Positions 1-12,973 of a stretch of 64,000 bases of DNA are shown here, piece by piece. Below the pieces are notes generated by a model, which was not told the DNA's origin, did not search any database, and was given only the letters and a program-made list of their open reading frames with translations. The stretch is taken from positions 8,496,001-8,560,000 of the forward strand of contig CM052817.1 of the NCBI GenBank assembly GCA_028534125.1, given 5' to 3'. The DNA is from Lama glama (taxonomy: Eukaryota). The position numbers and the translations under genes are program-made. Every line of letters starts with the position of its first letter. The first letter of the stretch is position 1.

Positions 1-99
1 TTAAGGCATTCACTTAGCCAAATCGTCCTGACCCTGTCTCTAAAGATAATGGACTCTTGATGTCTCACACTTCCTTTTATGAGGAAGAGATTTGTGTAG

Positions 100-305
100 T
101 TTGGAGGCAGAGGAATCAGGATGTGGCTCTTGGTCCCCACTATCTATTAGCTGTGTGATAACTGAATCTCAGTTTCCTTATTTTTAAAGATGGGTATAAT
201 GATAGCTATCTTGAAGGTCCGACAAGCGATTAATTGTGATAAGACAGGTGAAGTGTCAAGCATGTCCCTGGGATCCAGAAGACACACAATGAACAGTAGC
301 TATCA
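100..305 (+). mobile_element. MIR SINE relic
   Basis: Contains the MIR core-like ttagctgtgtga...ctcagtttcctt...aaagatgggtataatgatag. Confidence 0.7.
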
Positions 306-959
306 TACATTTGTCCTTATAGGACACTCTTGGGTCTTTTTCTAAGAAAGGGCTGTTCAGTTCCCATTATGTACACGTAAACCCTCTATGCAACATGATT
401 CTAAATGTAGCTTATTATAGAGATATCATATCTGTAGAGCTACTCCATCTTTTTGGAAATAATAACTCTTGCCAACCATAAGAGTTACACTCCTGAAAAG
501 TGTTATTGTTGGTAAAGATTGTTGCTAGTGAAATCAAGATATAACAAAGAAAACAGGTTTAAGGGATAAACAATAAAATGACATTGCTTGGATTCTAAAA
601 GCAAATAAATGTTACAGAGGACATGTAACTCCAAAACACAACTGATTTGTCAAGATTAAATTCTTGCTCTTCCCTTTATAGACATTGCTGTTATTACAGT
701 CATAGATGAGAAAACTGGGTCTTAGAGAGGCAAAGTGTAAGTAACACTACTTGTTTCGCCTTCCTTCATGGCATCTATAAATAGTAGCTTCTGTTGAACA
801 ATTAGAATCAAACCTTACTGGTAATTTTGTAATGAGCTTTCCAAGGAATCAGTGTTAGGATTGGTTGCTATTTTGTTAATACCATGACAGGACAGTCATA
901 CTTCTAGAAGACATACAAGGTGCAAGAGCAGAATGAAAATCAATGTAGCATGTTCTATT

Positions 960-1830
960 TTTTTTAACATTTAATTTTGGCCTAATTTTAGACTTAGAGA
1001 AAAGTTGCAAAAATAGTACAAAGAGTTCTCTTATCAGGCTTCTCAAATGTTAAAAATGTTAACATCTTACATAACTATAGTGCAATTATCAAAACCAGGG
1101 AGTTAACATTGGTGCAAAATTATTAACTAAATTACAGACTTTTTTTTAAATTCACTAATTTTTCCAATATCATTCTTCTCTTTTTAGATCCAATTCAAGA
1201 TCCTACATTGCATTTAGCTGTTACATCTCCTTAACGGACTCTAATCTGTAACAGTTCCTCATTCTTTCCTTGTCTTTCATGACCTTGGCTCTTCTAAAGA
1301 GTAATGATGAATTATTTTGTAGAATGTCCCTCAGTGCGGATTTGTGCAATGTTTTCTTAACGTTGGAGTGGTTATGTTTTTGCCAAGAATGCCACAAAAA
1401 TTATGTGGTGTCCTCCATGCACGATATGAAGGGGTTCATGGTGTCACTATCTCTCATCATGGGTGATGGTTACCTTGATCACTTGGTTAACTTGGCATCT
1501 GGCAAGTTTTTCCACTGTAAAATTACTATTTTCTCTTTTGTTGTTGAAAAATATCTTGGATAAAATATTTTGAGATTATGCAAATCCTGTTTCTCCTTAA
1601 ACTCTCACCCTATAACTTGTGCAGCTTGTCTGTAATACTTTTTACTGTGTTGTTTGCCTACTGGTGATTCCACATTTCCCTTTTCCCTTCTAAATTTATT
1701 CATTGGAATTACACTGTGGGGAAGAGATAGCTCCTTATTTTATTTATTTAAAATTTGGTGTTATTACATCAGTAGAATTCATGGAGACTTATGCAATTCT
1801 ATGGGTTAAAATCTAACACTACCATTATTT
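960..1830 (-). mobile_element. Old L1 (L1MC4/5-like) 3' region
   Basis: Motifs ttagagaaaagttgcaaaaatagtaca, acattgcatttagctgt, tgtctttcatgaccttg and ttttgtagaatgtccctc are typical of antisense L1MC 3' ends. Confidence 0.7.
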
Positions 1831-3604
1831 ATCTGTACAAGCACCACTCTTTACAGTTGCCTTGAGTGTATTGGAAAGAGAATGGAAAACGATGACTGGA
1901 GGTTGAGTTTAAGACCAAAGTCTAAGCTGAGCCTTGTCCTCCACTATACATCGAGATGTTTATATCAGCACATCCAAGTCTGCTTGTGGATACTAAGATA
2001 AAGCTCAGAGGTTATGAACATGAGGGAGGATGGGAGGGAGGGAGAGGAGAGGGAGAGAAAGAGAGAGAGGATACACGGTCTAAGAGGTCACATGGAACAA
2101 GGAAGGAGAGAGAACAGGGTCAGCTTTGTCTAGAACTGCTCACTGAGTAGAGGCAGACTTCAGAGACCACCTATGCTATGCTGGAGTAGACAGGATAAGG
2201 AATTACTTATTCATTCTGAGAAAGTGTGCTTAGACCTTCAGCAAAATTGGTAACATGCCAAAAATGAGCAAGAATTGAGGGTTCCTCTGTGATGAAATTT
2301 ATCTGGCTAAATAGGCCTCTTGCAGATTTTGCTCTGCTCTTTTTCAACATAGATGGAACAAACATAGGGCTAAATCTTGACTGAATCTCTTCTGTGAGCT
2401 GATAAATTAGGGAAGGATTAAAGAAAAAGGAGACATGTGATTCTCTGGAAAGACTTATATATCATGTGGAATAATGACAGGCGGAAAAAACAACCCAGAA
2501 CACTGGAATGAGACTAGAAATTCAAATTTCTGCTCTAGTAACTTCATACTTGAAGCACCCTCCTCTGAAAAATGAAAGTTACATTTCACATTCTCTGAAA
2601 TCTCTCCCTTTCAGCTCTCACATCCTGCTCTGTTCTCTCTCTTTTGCTTGTTTAATGTTGGTAAAGCCAATGGGCTGTATTAATTAACGAGGAACTCCTA
2701 GAGATTTTAAAGCATTTATAGTCCCAGGGTCTATGAACTGAGAAGTGCCCCCAAGAAGACCGTGGCAACCTGGCAGGACTGACGATGCTCAGAAAGGCTC
2801 TGGGAATTCCTGAAGGCAAGTGCAGAAAGCCATTCTGTGCTTGACGTTTTAGGGTAACTGTTCGCACACAGTTGTTGTTGGACACATATGCTAGAGAGTT
2901 TGGTTTCACGCCGAGCATATGGTAGCTTTGGAATAAAGTGTGGATTCTTGTTAAGATCTTTGGCTCATGTCTTCTCAGTTCTAGAGGATAACAGAAGAGA
3001 GAGTAGAATGAGGGCACTATTCTAGTCAGGGCTGTTACGTAAGTGACGTCTGCGTTTCTCCACCCGCTGAGGGGGTGACATATAGCATTCAGAATCTTAC
3101 ATCATGCTGTTTACTTTTCTTTGTGTCTGTCTGTCATTGTTTCCTTTCTGTGCTCTTATTTCTTTGTGTTCTTCCTCTCTCCCTCCCTCCTTCTTTCTTC
3201 CTTCCTTTTTTTTGGGTTAATCTGAGGCCCCAGGATGAAGAGAGATGTTTCTATGAGTCAAGTTTCTAATTTACTAGAAAACTTGGAAATAAGAGAGGCC
3301 ACAGGAAGTGAGGTTTTCTCTGTAACCAGCTCAGAGTCGGCTCTCTGCTAAGGAATGGTCCACTCCTGGGGAACACTGTCTAGGTAAAGAGGGGAACACA
3401 TTCATTTTGCTCGACAGAGCCCGAGTCCCCCGAGCTTTGCACTTGGGAATTCCTCCATATAGAAATTAGAGTCAGATGAGCACTTACAGTTCAGTGATTG
3501 TCCAAACTGTGCTCTAAGGTGGACTAGGTTCTTGGAGGTGCATCAGGGTCACTGAGGCTAATGAGGGGGGTCTCTTAGTTTTCCAAACCTGCTTTAGCTA
3601 ACAT

Positions 3605-3900
3605 AGCACGTTAGTTAGGAGGGTGGATAGCGGAGCTGGGCTTGCTGGGTGTGGTCCTGGTTATTATCTATGAGACCTAGGGCAAGTTACCCAACCTCTG
3701 GGTGGGCAAGTTACCTAACCATCTGTGAAACAGAAATAAGAATAATAATAATAAAAACAACAGCAATAATAATAATACTGCTTACCTCATAGGGTTGTGT
3801 GAGAATTACATGAGTGAGTACATTTAAAGTGCTTAGAACAGCAGAAGTCATATGGTAGGCACTATGAAGTCTTTTCTGTTACTGTTAATAGCGTCTACAT
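3605..3900 (+). mobile_element. MIR SINE
   Basis: gggcaagttacc(c/t)aacc occurs twice, followed by cttacctcatagggttgtgtgagaatta and aaagtgcttagaaca. Confidence 0.8.
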
Positions 3901-4039
3901 CATTATTACCACTGAAATTCTACATATCGCTTCATCTGATAAGAAGGTTTAGTGGTTAAACTCTTTTCTTTACACACATACACACATACTCTGGTATTTT
4001 CCTTATTTTATCCTAAGCAAACCAACCTTGCAATATGGT

Positions 4040-4470
4040 TAGCTAAGCTCTGCTTGAACACGCCTGGTGATAAAGAGCTATTTCACCAACTTGTAAGGCT
4101 GCCTGCTTTGTTGGTAATGAGCTCTTGCTAATGAGCTAAAATCTATTTCCTTGCAGCTTTAACCAGCTAGCCTTTTCCCTCGTCTCCGGAATCATGCTGA
4201 ACGAGTCTCTTTTACTTCCATATGACAGCTACCCTTCCCCCTGGCTCAAGAATTAGCTCAGTATTGTTGGTGGCTTCTAGTCTCCTTGCTTACATACTTC
4301 CAATGCGAGAGAGCTCACCACTTCCTAAGGCAGCTTTTCTAATTGTTGGTCAACTCTGAGGATTAGAAACTCTTCCTGCAGCCAAAATGACTGGCTTTCT
4401 CTTGTACTTACACCCACTGGCTTCCCTAGAGTTGCTTAAAATTCCAGCTTCCCTTCTCCAAATGGGCTTT
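4040..4470. mobile_element. L3/CR1-like ancient LINE fragments (two similar pieces)
   Basis: ctctgcttgaacac...gagct..cacc..aaggctgcc and ttgcttacatacttccaatg..gagagctcaccacttcctaaggcagc..ttagaaactcttcc resemble the L3 3' region. Confidence 0.5.
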
Positions 4471-6743
4471 AAGATAATAAAAGAGAGGCATCCCTTTTGT
4501 CCTCTCCAGACAAATCGTTCTTTCAGCTGTCCCTTACGTGAAGAATTTGTCCAGGATTCATCGTTTGGTCTGTCCAAATAAAGCCGCCATAATAGTAACG
4601 ACAGTTTCTCTGGCTCATTCCCATGTCTGCATTCTTGAAGCCCTTAAGGATCTTTGTGTCACATGAGATTTCCATCTTTTCTTTTTGTCAGTCATCTGCT
4701 CTGGTTCTCCCTTTTCAGTGCCCACTGTGGAGAAAGCACTGGGGGCTGCACCTTCTTCTGCTGCAGTTGAGTACAGAAAACGAGCCTCTGCAAAGGCTAC
4801 TGCTTCTCCAGAAGCTGTCAGCATTGTGGGGTCAGCGTGGCATTTGCTCCCACGTCAGAACATCAACGCACTTTGAGATCCTTGTAGAGAATTTACTCCC
4901 CAGCGTCATTTCCCCCAGGCACTGAAGCAGGGATGCTGTGTCCCTGTGTCTCAGGCCTGAGTGGGAGTGGAAGCAGCCTCTCTCTTTTCAGGGCTGGAGC
5001 AAATCCATGGGGATGGAGACCGAAGGACTGCCAAGGGCATTCCTTCCTGCCCCTGCCTCCCATGTGCATGTGCATAAATATTTTCCTAGGTTTGTGCATA
5101 GGGGTTGCTTTCTGTTGCCACACTCCTCTGCTTGTACGTATCTGGCCTAGTCTGAGCTCAAGATGAGAATCCCCCAATGCACAGGACAAGCTTTCCAGAC
5201 CCATCACCATCACGTTTCCTCACCTTTCACTTGAACCAAGAATTAGTCAGCATGAATCAAATGAGGATGCAAATATAAATATTGGGTCCAACTTGTGGTA
5301 GTGGCAGGAAGTGTTCTACAAGAGAGCTTGAGTGGGCATGAACAGGAGAGTTTCAGCGAGGGGCGGGATGTGACCGGAGGAGAGTATATAGGCAGAGGAG
5401 ATGAGCTGCAAACTGTACATTCTAGCGTGCCTGTAAACATACATATGTTCAGTATACTCTCTTGGGTTATATGGATAGAATATAATGTGACTGCTCTGGG
5501 GATACTTACAATAATTAGGTATAAATTAGAACCATTGACTAGGAAGTCTATTTTCTAACAATGATTTACTCTAATACAAACACACCAAAAAATCAATACT
5601 ATGTACATAGTGCAATTCCATTCAAATTGTTATATTTAGCTAACATTTACACTTTATGAAGGCTGAGAGTAATTGTTTATTTGTCCATAATGATCAAGTT
5701 GCAACCAGACAATCTGAAAACAAAATTAAAGCCCTTGTTTTTATCATTTATCATTTTCAATTGCATTCATTTTTCTACAATTGGATGAGGTGCAGGTTCT
5801 AGACTTTACAGCTCTTTTAAAACAAGTCTTAAAATTTTACATCCCAAACAAAACTATTTCTTATGTGTGAGATATCTCTTTAAACTCTTTTAATCATTTA
5901 TCTTTTCATAGAGAAGTATGTATGAAACATGTATGTGCAAGGCATTCATGCTAACTGCAATTGGGAATGTCGAAAATGAAGAAGACACCATCCTTCCTCT
6001 CAAAGAATAAAGGGACAAGTAGGGGAGGAGCTTCCCTTGCACTTTAATCCCAGATGGAGTATAATTAGAGTTAGCGTGGTGGCACACACCACGTAAAGTG
6101 GGAGGAAACCGGAGAGTCATGACCTTTCAACTGTGGAATCAGGAAGACCTCAACAGGAGATTTCCCACAGGAGAAAAATCTCAGGGAAGAGTCTTCAGGA
6201 ATAAAGTTAAGACATGAGCTAAGACTTGAAAAATGGAAAGTCCAGCACACACTGAGAAAACAGCAGGCATCCTGGTACTGAGGAAGAACGTAGTATTTGG
6301 GAAGAACTTGGGCTGACCGTGTGTCTTTTCTAGAATGCAGGAGGTATTAGAAGGCAGGCTTTAAAGAGTTCGTTCCCTGCCCTTACCCACGAGGGAGCTC
6401 TGAGGAGTTTGGAACAGAGGAGTGCTATGGTCAGAGCTGTTTCTGCATTCTTCTGCTGCATTTCTAGTTTTGTGATGTCCATCCTAATCAAATTAATCCA
6501 GAACCATCTGATGCTCTAGGTCCTCAAAAATCCTCACTTTGCTGATAAACAGACTGAAGCACAGAGAGACCAAGTAGTTAAACTAACCCTTTGCCCTAGA
6601 GATGGATACTTTGGAGATAGCCTCCCCTTTCCTTCAGCAAAAGTTAAGTCTCTGCTTTGGTTAAGTCCCAAACTTCCTGGGAAAGGGAAAAGGAAAGAAG
6701 GGAAAGAAACATCTTGCAGGGCCTGTCATGTAAAGAACATTTC

Positions 6744-7330
6744 TGTTAGAGCAGACAGGTAGCTAGATATGAGCAGAGAAAGGGGACACGGGCCAAATGG
6801 CAGAAAACCATACATCTTGGGAACAATGGGGGTCCTTGGACAGACCAAGAAAAACAGGATCCTCCAGACTGATAAGAAACCATACATTCTGTGTTGACAG
6901 GTGTCCTGGAGGCAAAGAAAGGTGGGACAAGACAGGAATCTCCACCTTCTGAATGTAACCTTTCACTCATTATGACCTCCATCTGAATGTAACCTTTTGC
7001 TCATTATGACCTCATCTGACTTCCCAATCAAGACTGAATAAAGACAAAAAAGTCCCTCCTCCCCACTTGGGAAGGTGGAGCTGGGATGAAGATCAGGAAA
7101 GACAACCCCAAACCCCTCCCTGCCAGTGAATGTTCTGCTCATTCATTTTTACACCCAGATAACCGGCTTGCCAAGGAAACTCAGAGCAGCTCCCCACCTG
7201 GGTCTGCCTGCTCTTTCCTTGAGAGAATACTTATCTATCCCTTAATAGATACTTGCTTTGCTTTCTTGAGCTCTGTGTCTTGTTTCTGAATTCTTTCTGC
7301 GACAAGACAAGAACCTTCCCGCCGACAACA
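6744..7330 (+). mobile_element. Solo LTR, ERV1-like
   Basis: Termini TGTT...AACA, perfect 4-bp TSD tttc (6740-6743 / 7331-7334), and an internal 34-bp tandem duplication at 6948-7014. Confidence 0.8.
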
Positions 7331-7497
7331 TTTCCATAGGGCTGATTGGAAAAAAGATCCTTTGGGGTTTATAGTGTCCATTAATAAAGTTAGTTACTTA
7401 TGCCACGGGCTCAGAAGCGCATTTAAAATATTCATTTAAATATTTATTTTATCAGTTTAAAATCTCTATTTAATAACTTCTGCCACTGTGAATACCA

Positions 7498-7730
7498 AAT
7501 GTATTATTTACCTATTGCTAGATAACAAACCATCTTACAACTTAATGGTTTAAACAGCAAAACAAAGATCCTTTTTTTTTACTTACAAACCTAGTGGGTC
7601 TACAGTTTTGTTTGGACTCATATGGGCGGTTCTTCTGCTGGTCTCATCTGGGCCACTCATGAGGTAGCAGCCATTGGGATGCTTGAATTGTGCTGGATGA
7701 TCTAAGACGGTCTGTGTATCTGGAAGCTGA
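7498..7730 (-). mobile_element. MLT1-type MaLR LTR fragment
   Basis: ctattgct..ataacaaacca...cttaatggtttaaaca...gggcggttcttctgctggtctca matches an antisense old MLT1. Confidence 0.6.
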
Positions 7731-7997
7731 TGCTTACTTAGGCCAACAGACAGGAAGAGGAGTGAGATGCGGAGGAGAAGAGGGTGAGGACAACAGGGAG
7801 TTCACCAACCTCTGCATCTGTTTGTCACTGTATCTGCTCACAAAGAATTTAAAATCTCATACAAGCTCCTCTTGTGGCCAATTCTAACATAGTACCACAC
7901 AGGGAAGGTGATTTGAGGAAATAGTTCCTAGAGTAGTTGATGGAGTGAAATGTACCGCCATCCACCCCGTGTTGATGTGGCATCTGCACAATCCTCA

Positions 7998-8112
7998 TTT
8001 TCTTTTCTTTCCTTTTATTTTCTTTTCCTTTTTCTTTCTTTTCTTTTCTTTTCTTTCCTTTCCCTTTCTTTTCTTTTCTTTTTTTTCTTTTTTTCTTTTT
8101 TCTTTTCTTTTC
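7998..8112. repeat. Pyrimidine-rich (TTTTC)n-like microsatellite
   Basis: Seen directly in the sequence. Confidence 0.95.
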
Positions 8113-8244
8113 ATCATATTGAACTTTGAAACTAAAGAATAGCAAAATCATTTCAAATTTACATAATACCTCTATCCCTTTTATAACTAAAATTAGGTTG
8201 TCTATCCCCAACATAGGGGGAGCAAGAGTCATTTTTTTTAAAAA

Positions 8245-8368
8245 CTTTTTTTTTATTGAGTTATAGTCATTTTACAATGTTGTGTCAAATTCCAGTGTAG
8301 AGCACAACTTTTCAGTTATACATGAACATACATATATTCATTGTCACTTTTTTTTCCCACTGTGAGCA
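8245..8368 (-). mobile_element. Young lineage-specific L1 3' terminus (poly-T on the + strand)
   Basis: ttttttttttattgagttatagtcattttacaatgttgtgtcaaattccagtgtagagcac; followed by (CA)n at 8369-8396. Confidence 0.7.
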
Positions 8369-8399
8369 ACCACACACACACACACACACACACACAAAG

Positions 8400-9760
8400 A
8401 GTCTCATATGTCACTTTATTTTTCTTTTGGCTCATTCTCCTCTTAGCTGAACCACACTCTACTGTTGGTATATAATAACTTAAATAATGAGATATAATGT
8501 TAACTACAATGAAGCCACTTAGTATCAGACAGTATGGTAACAGGATAGGGAAAAAGAAAAAGAACAAAATAATTACTTATTACACGTAGAATAAATATAT
8601 TTATAGCAAAACAAAGAAGAAACTGCACAGTCATCAGATCTGCAAATAGTGACACACTCTTAGCTGATATTTATAACTTTTCCCTCTATGAATTTCACGT
8701 TTCTTTGGCTCTCAGTGAGTGCCTCAAGTGATCAGGACTCCTTCTTCAAACTTTCATTCCTGAGGCTCTGTACTATTTTCTATTCTATCTATAGTGGGTT
8801 GTTGTAGTTTTCTGTTAACTTTCTTTTTTAAATTTGTTTTTTAATGAAGTGTAGTTGATTCATAATGTTTGTTTCGGGTGTACAGAAAAGTGACTCAGGT
8901 ATACATATACATATATATATATTTTTGTTTTTCAGATTCTTTTCCATTATGTTATTACAAGAAATTGAATATAGTTTCCCTGTGCTATACAGTAAGTCTT
9001 TGTTGTTTATCTATTTTATGTATAGTAATATGTATCTGTTAATCCCAAACTCCTAATTTATCCCTTCTACACCCTTTCCCCTTTGGTAACCATAGTTTGT
9101 TTTCTAATGTCTGTGAGCCTGTTTTTGGTTTGTAAATAAAATTTGTATCATTTTTTTAGATCCCATATATAAATGATATCACACGATATTTGTCTTTCCC
9201 TGTCTGACTTACTGACACACTTAATATGCTAATCTCTAGGTCCATCCATGTTGCTGCAAGTGGCATTATTCATTCTTTGTTATGGCTGAATAATAGTCCA
9301 TTGTGTATGTGTGTTTCTACATCTATATCTATATCTATATCTATCTATCACATCTTCTTTATCCAGTATCTGTCAATTAACTTTTATCCAGTCATCTGTC
9401 TGTTAACTTTTATCACAACACTTTTACAAAAAGTACCCCAGAGGAGTTCCTGTATTCCAAATGTATTCTTCCCTGGCCTCTGAGTTACTGACAACCAACA
9501 TATTTTTGATAGTTAGAATCAGTCACCTCAGTCTATTTAACATCTTTCCCCTTTTGCCCATAATTTCAGTGGTGTAAGGAGCCCCCGATAGCCAGGCAGT
9601 AGTTTCCACTTCTTGTTTAATGGTTTTATAGTTGTTTTCCCTCATAGGGGCATCATCCATAGAGAACTATGACCAGCTGAGCTCAAGGTGGTCGTACAGG
9701 AGGACACAATTTTTACTGGCGCATTAGGAGTTATAGTGAGAGAAGCCCTTTAATTTTCAC
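8400..9760 (-). mobile_element. Degraded MaLR/ERVL internal sequence, interrupted by an L1
   Basis: Overall resemblance to antisense MLT1 internal sequence; boundaries are approximate. Confidence 0.4.
8823..9398 (-). mobile_element. 5'-truncated L1 (artiodactyl-type 3' UTR)
   Basis: Typical 3' UTR motifs (ttcccctttggtaacca, ggtccatccatgttgctgcaa); 12-bp TSD tctgttaacttt at 8811-8822 / 9399-9410. Confidence 0.85.
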
Positions 9761-9981
9761 TCATTGAAAAGGGTGGAGCCAAGAATTGCAAAGGACAATG
9801 ACCCAGGGAAATCACTCTCAGGTTGAAAAGCTGATTTTCCAATTAAAGAAAATCCCCTGGCCCTAGGACAGGGAACTTGACATGTTCCCAGCTAGATTTC
9901 AAAATTACCAGGGATCAACAAATGCTGTGAATCTCCTGTTCTTCCCTTTTTAATGTCTGTTACTATTATTTTGTTCCTATC

Positions 9982-10331
9982 TGCTGTAGACTGAATATTT
10001 GTGTCTCCCTCATATTCATATTTTGTAACCTAATCCCCAATGTGGAGGTTATTTGAAGGTGGAACTTTTGAGAAACAATTAAGTCATGAGGGCAGAGTCC
10101 TCTTAAATAGGATTAGTGCTCTTATATAAGAGATCCTGAAGGCACTCTTTGTCCATTCCACCTTGTCAGGTTACAGCAAAAGGACACATATCTAGAAAAT
10201 GGGCTGTCACCAGACACTGAGTCTGCTAGTGCCTTGATCTTGGACTTTACTGCCTCCAGAACTGTGAGAAGTACACTGATTTTGTTAGTAAGCCATCCAG
10301 CTTATGGAATTTTTGTTATAGAAGCCTGACA
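9982..10331 (+). mobile_element. MLT1A-like MaLR LTR
   Basis: Starts tgctgtagactgaatatttgtgtctccc and contains ccttgatcttggactt..cctccagaactgtgaga. Confidence 0.85.
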
Positions 10332-10589
10332 TTTGCATGTTGTCTCACATTTGCATGTTGTGTATTTGGGGAACAGGTAACTTAGTTTAGTTTATAGATG
10401 TCTGGTTCAGGAGGACCTTCAAGCAAGGATCTACCTCCAGGTAACCTCATCCATCTGGCCTTGAGACAGAGCATGAGATCATGGGCTGATAGACTCTGGG
10501 GCTTCTCAAGAGAGGAAAGGTGTAATTTGTCAGGGCATGTACATTACTAGGGCCAAAGGGTAAATTCTGCCTATTTCCATACTTCTTGG

Positions 10590-10980
10590 TGCATCAAGAG
10601 GCCAAGCTTTGCAGGTGGCAGCACCAGAGCTTCCTTGACTTCTGGCTGTCCTTAAGTTTGGCTGATGTGAGTTGCCAGTATGAGATCAGAGGCAAGGAGG
10701 AGAACAGGACTAAAGCTTCATTCTTTCTGCTTTCTCCCTGCTTCAGAATGGTTTTGGTGGTGGCCAAATTCTTCCATAGTTACAGCTCTACAGGTGGGCA
10801 CTCCTTTCCTTTTTCTACTTTGGGACCAGGGGCTACTAAGCTGATGTTGGTCTTTGGGTGCCTCAGTTTTTTGGGGCTTCCTTATCTGACCAGCACTTCT
10901 ATAAATAGTTACATCCATACAAAATATTTTCCAAAATCCCAGCTGAGGGCTTGGTTTCCTGCCAGAATCTTGAATGATAT
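10590..10980 (+). mobile_element. ERVL LTR (LTR33/LTR16-like) relic
   Basis: The 3' end tgtttcctgccag...tgaatgata and the general composition resemble LTR33; weak match. Confidence 0.35.
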
Positions 10981-12973
10981 GTTGTTTTAAGTGCTGCTTT
11001 TTGTCACTTACTAGCTGTATGACTAAGGACAAAGAATGTAACTATTCTGAACTTAGTATCTCTACCTATAAAATAGAGTTGTAGGGGAACACTACATGTA
11101 ACAAGCATCTTTCATATGCTATGCACTTCATGTTAGTTAGTTAACTTACTCCTCTTTAAAAATGTTTATGAATGTATTTTTTCACCATTGCATCCCCAAA
11201 CCTATAGAGATACCTGGAAATTGGTAGGCATTCAGTAAGTGCTTATTGAGTGAATGATGTAAGCATGAGATTGGCATCATAATCTTAGCTATAAAATATT
11301 GATGCTGGAATACATCAAGCCACCAGATGGGGATCACTGAGCTAATGAGTGACACTGCTGGAACTGGAGGCTAAGTTGTCGAATTTTTTTAACTTTTGCT
11401 CTTTTCAGGAAAAAAAAAAATCTTGCTTATCCACCTAGCCAACCCTTACAGGGCTGTTGTGAGAGTTAAAGGAAATGAAAATATGGAAACATGTTATGAA
11501 CTTTGAAATGTACTTAATTATACTGCATCATTATTATCTTTATGAATATGTTTTAAAACTTATTTCCTACTCTCCTGCCTCAAAGTACCATGCAGTCACT
11601 AAATATGAACTCATCTTCCTTTAAGTGTCAGGCAAATATGAATATCAAGATTGACTGTTAGGGACAAAACAGAATAAAATTATTTTGGAGGTTTTTGCTC
11701 TTTTATATTATTTTCTTAATTGTATCCTTCTTATAACATGGCTGATTAAGAAATAATTTTCCAAGGTTTGAAATTTAACATTAGAAGCAAAAAAATATTT
11801 TAAAAGATTTTGGGCTTTGGATCTAGATGTGTCAGGAAAATATTCTGAGTGTGAAAGTTTAGAAAGAGCTTGAACTTGGTTCTCTGAATTCCAAGTCACA
11901 AGTAAATGGAAGTCATGGGAGTCACAAGAAATTGTTCCTGGGACCTTGGGTAAAAATTGAGGTTCTGAACCTTGGGACACATTATTGACTCTTTTCATGA
12001 TGAAACTTAGGTCTCCTGGGGAGTCTGCAAGATTGGCTAGATCCAAAATGTAATAGACTCTTTGATGAGGAAATGGTTGAAAGAGCTTTATAGAAGTTAT
12101 ATACAACATGGTATCCATGCTATTTTTTCTTTTCTATGTTGCTTATACATCACTTTAGAAAGTTCAAAGTATATCACAGCACAAAAATAGTGATGAGGTG
12201 GAACTTTGATAGGTCTATCTCTTAGGACTATATCCCTGGCTGTGGGAAAGGAAGTTCCTTCTTTTTCCTTATCAGAGTCCAACCCTAGTGACCTGTGTTT
12301 CTATAACTTTGGAGATCTCAGAGCTTATTCACTACCTGTGTACAGTAGTTGAAACAAAACGAACTCATGGGGAAAGAAGCTTCTAAAGAATAAAACTGGT
12401 TTCAGCAAACATAAGCATCCAAGTCAATGTAGTTCTTCCAAACAGTTGCCCTGAGAAACAGGTCTTATATCAGTGATGACAACGCTGATGAACTGCTTGC
12501 AAATCTGAAATACACAAAGTTGTAAAAAAATCCCAAAGATTTTCAGAATCTTTTTCCACAGCTGTAAAGTAAAGAATTTTAGAAGCTCTTTTTTTAGATA
12601 AAAAATTTCATAAGGTTTTAAAGATCTCAGCCTCAGTAACTAACTCTTCAATTATTCTTAAATTTATACACCCCAAAGATATTTATTCAGCACTTACTAA
12701 TGTTCCAGGCATTAATCCTAATACGGTGACTTGAAGATAGAGGTCACAGTCTAGGCTGGAGGAGTTCACATCTTAGTAGCACAGATAAGTAAACATCAAT
12801 AACAAAGGAATAAAAATGTGTGCAGAGAGTAAGTCCAAGGTGCTCTGGAAAACAAATGAGGGACACGGCAGGATTTTGGAAGATTGGGAAAGTATAACCG
12901 GAAGAGAAAGCTCTCATGCTGAATTCTGAAGGACACGGGAATAATCCAGGTAGAGACATTGAAAAATCAAGAG

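Noticed and set aside
4623..5213. Cluster of overlapping ORFs after a pyrimidine-rich acceptor-like site (cccttttcag, 4710-4719)
   Set aside because: No recognisable protein and no convincing donor; a non-coding exon cannot be excluded.
7849..8232. Lys/Arg-rich and Phe-rich ORFs
   Set aside because: Translations of a TTTTC microsatellite.
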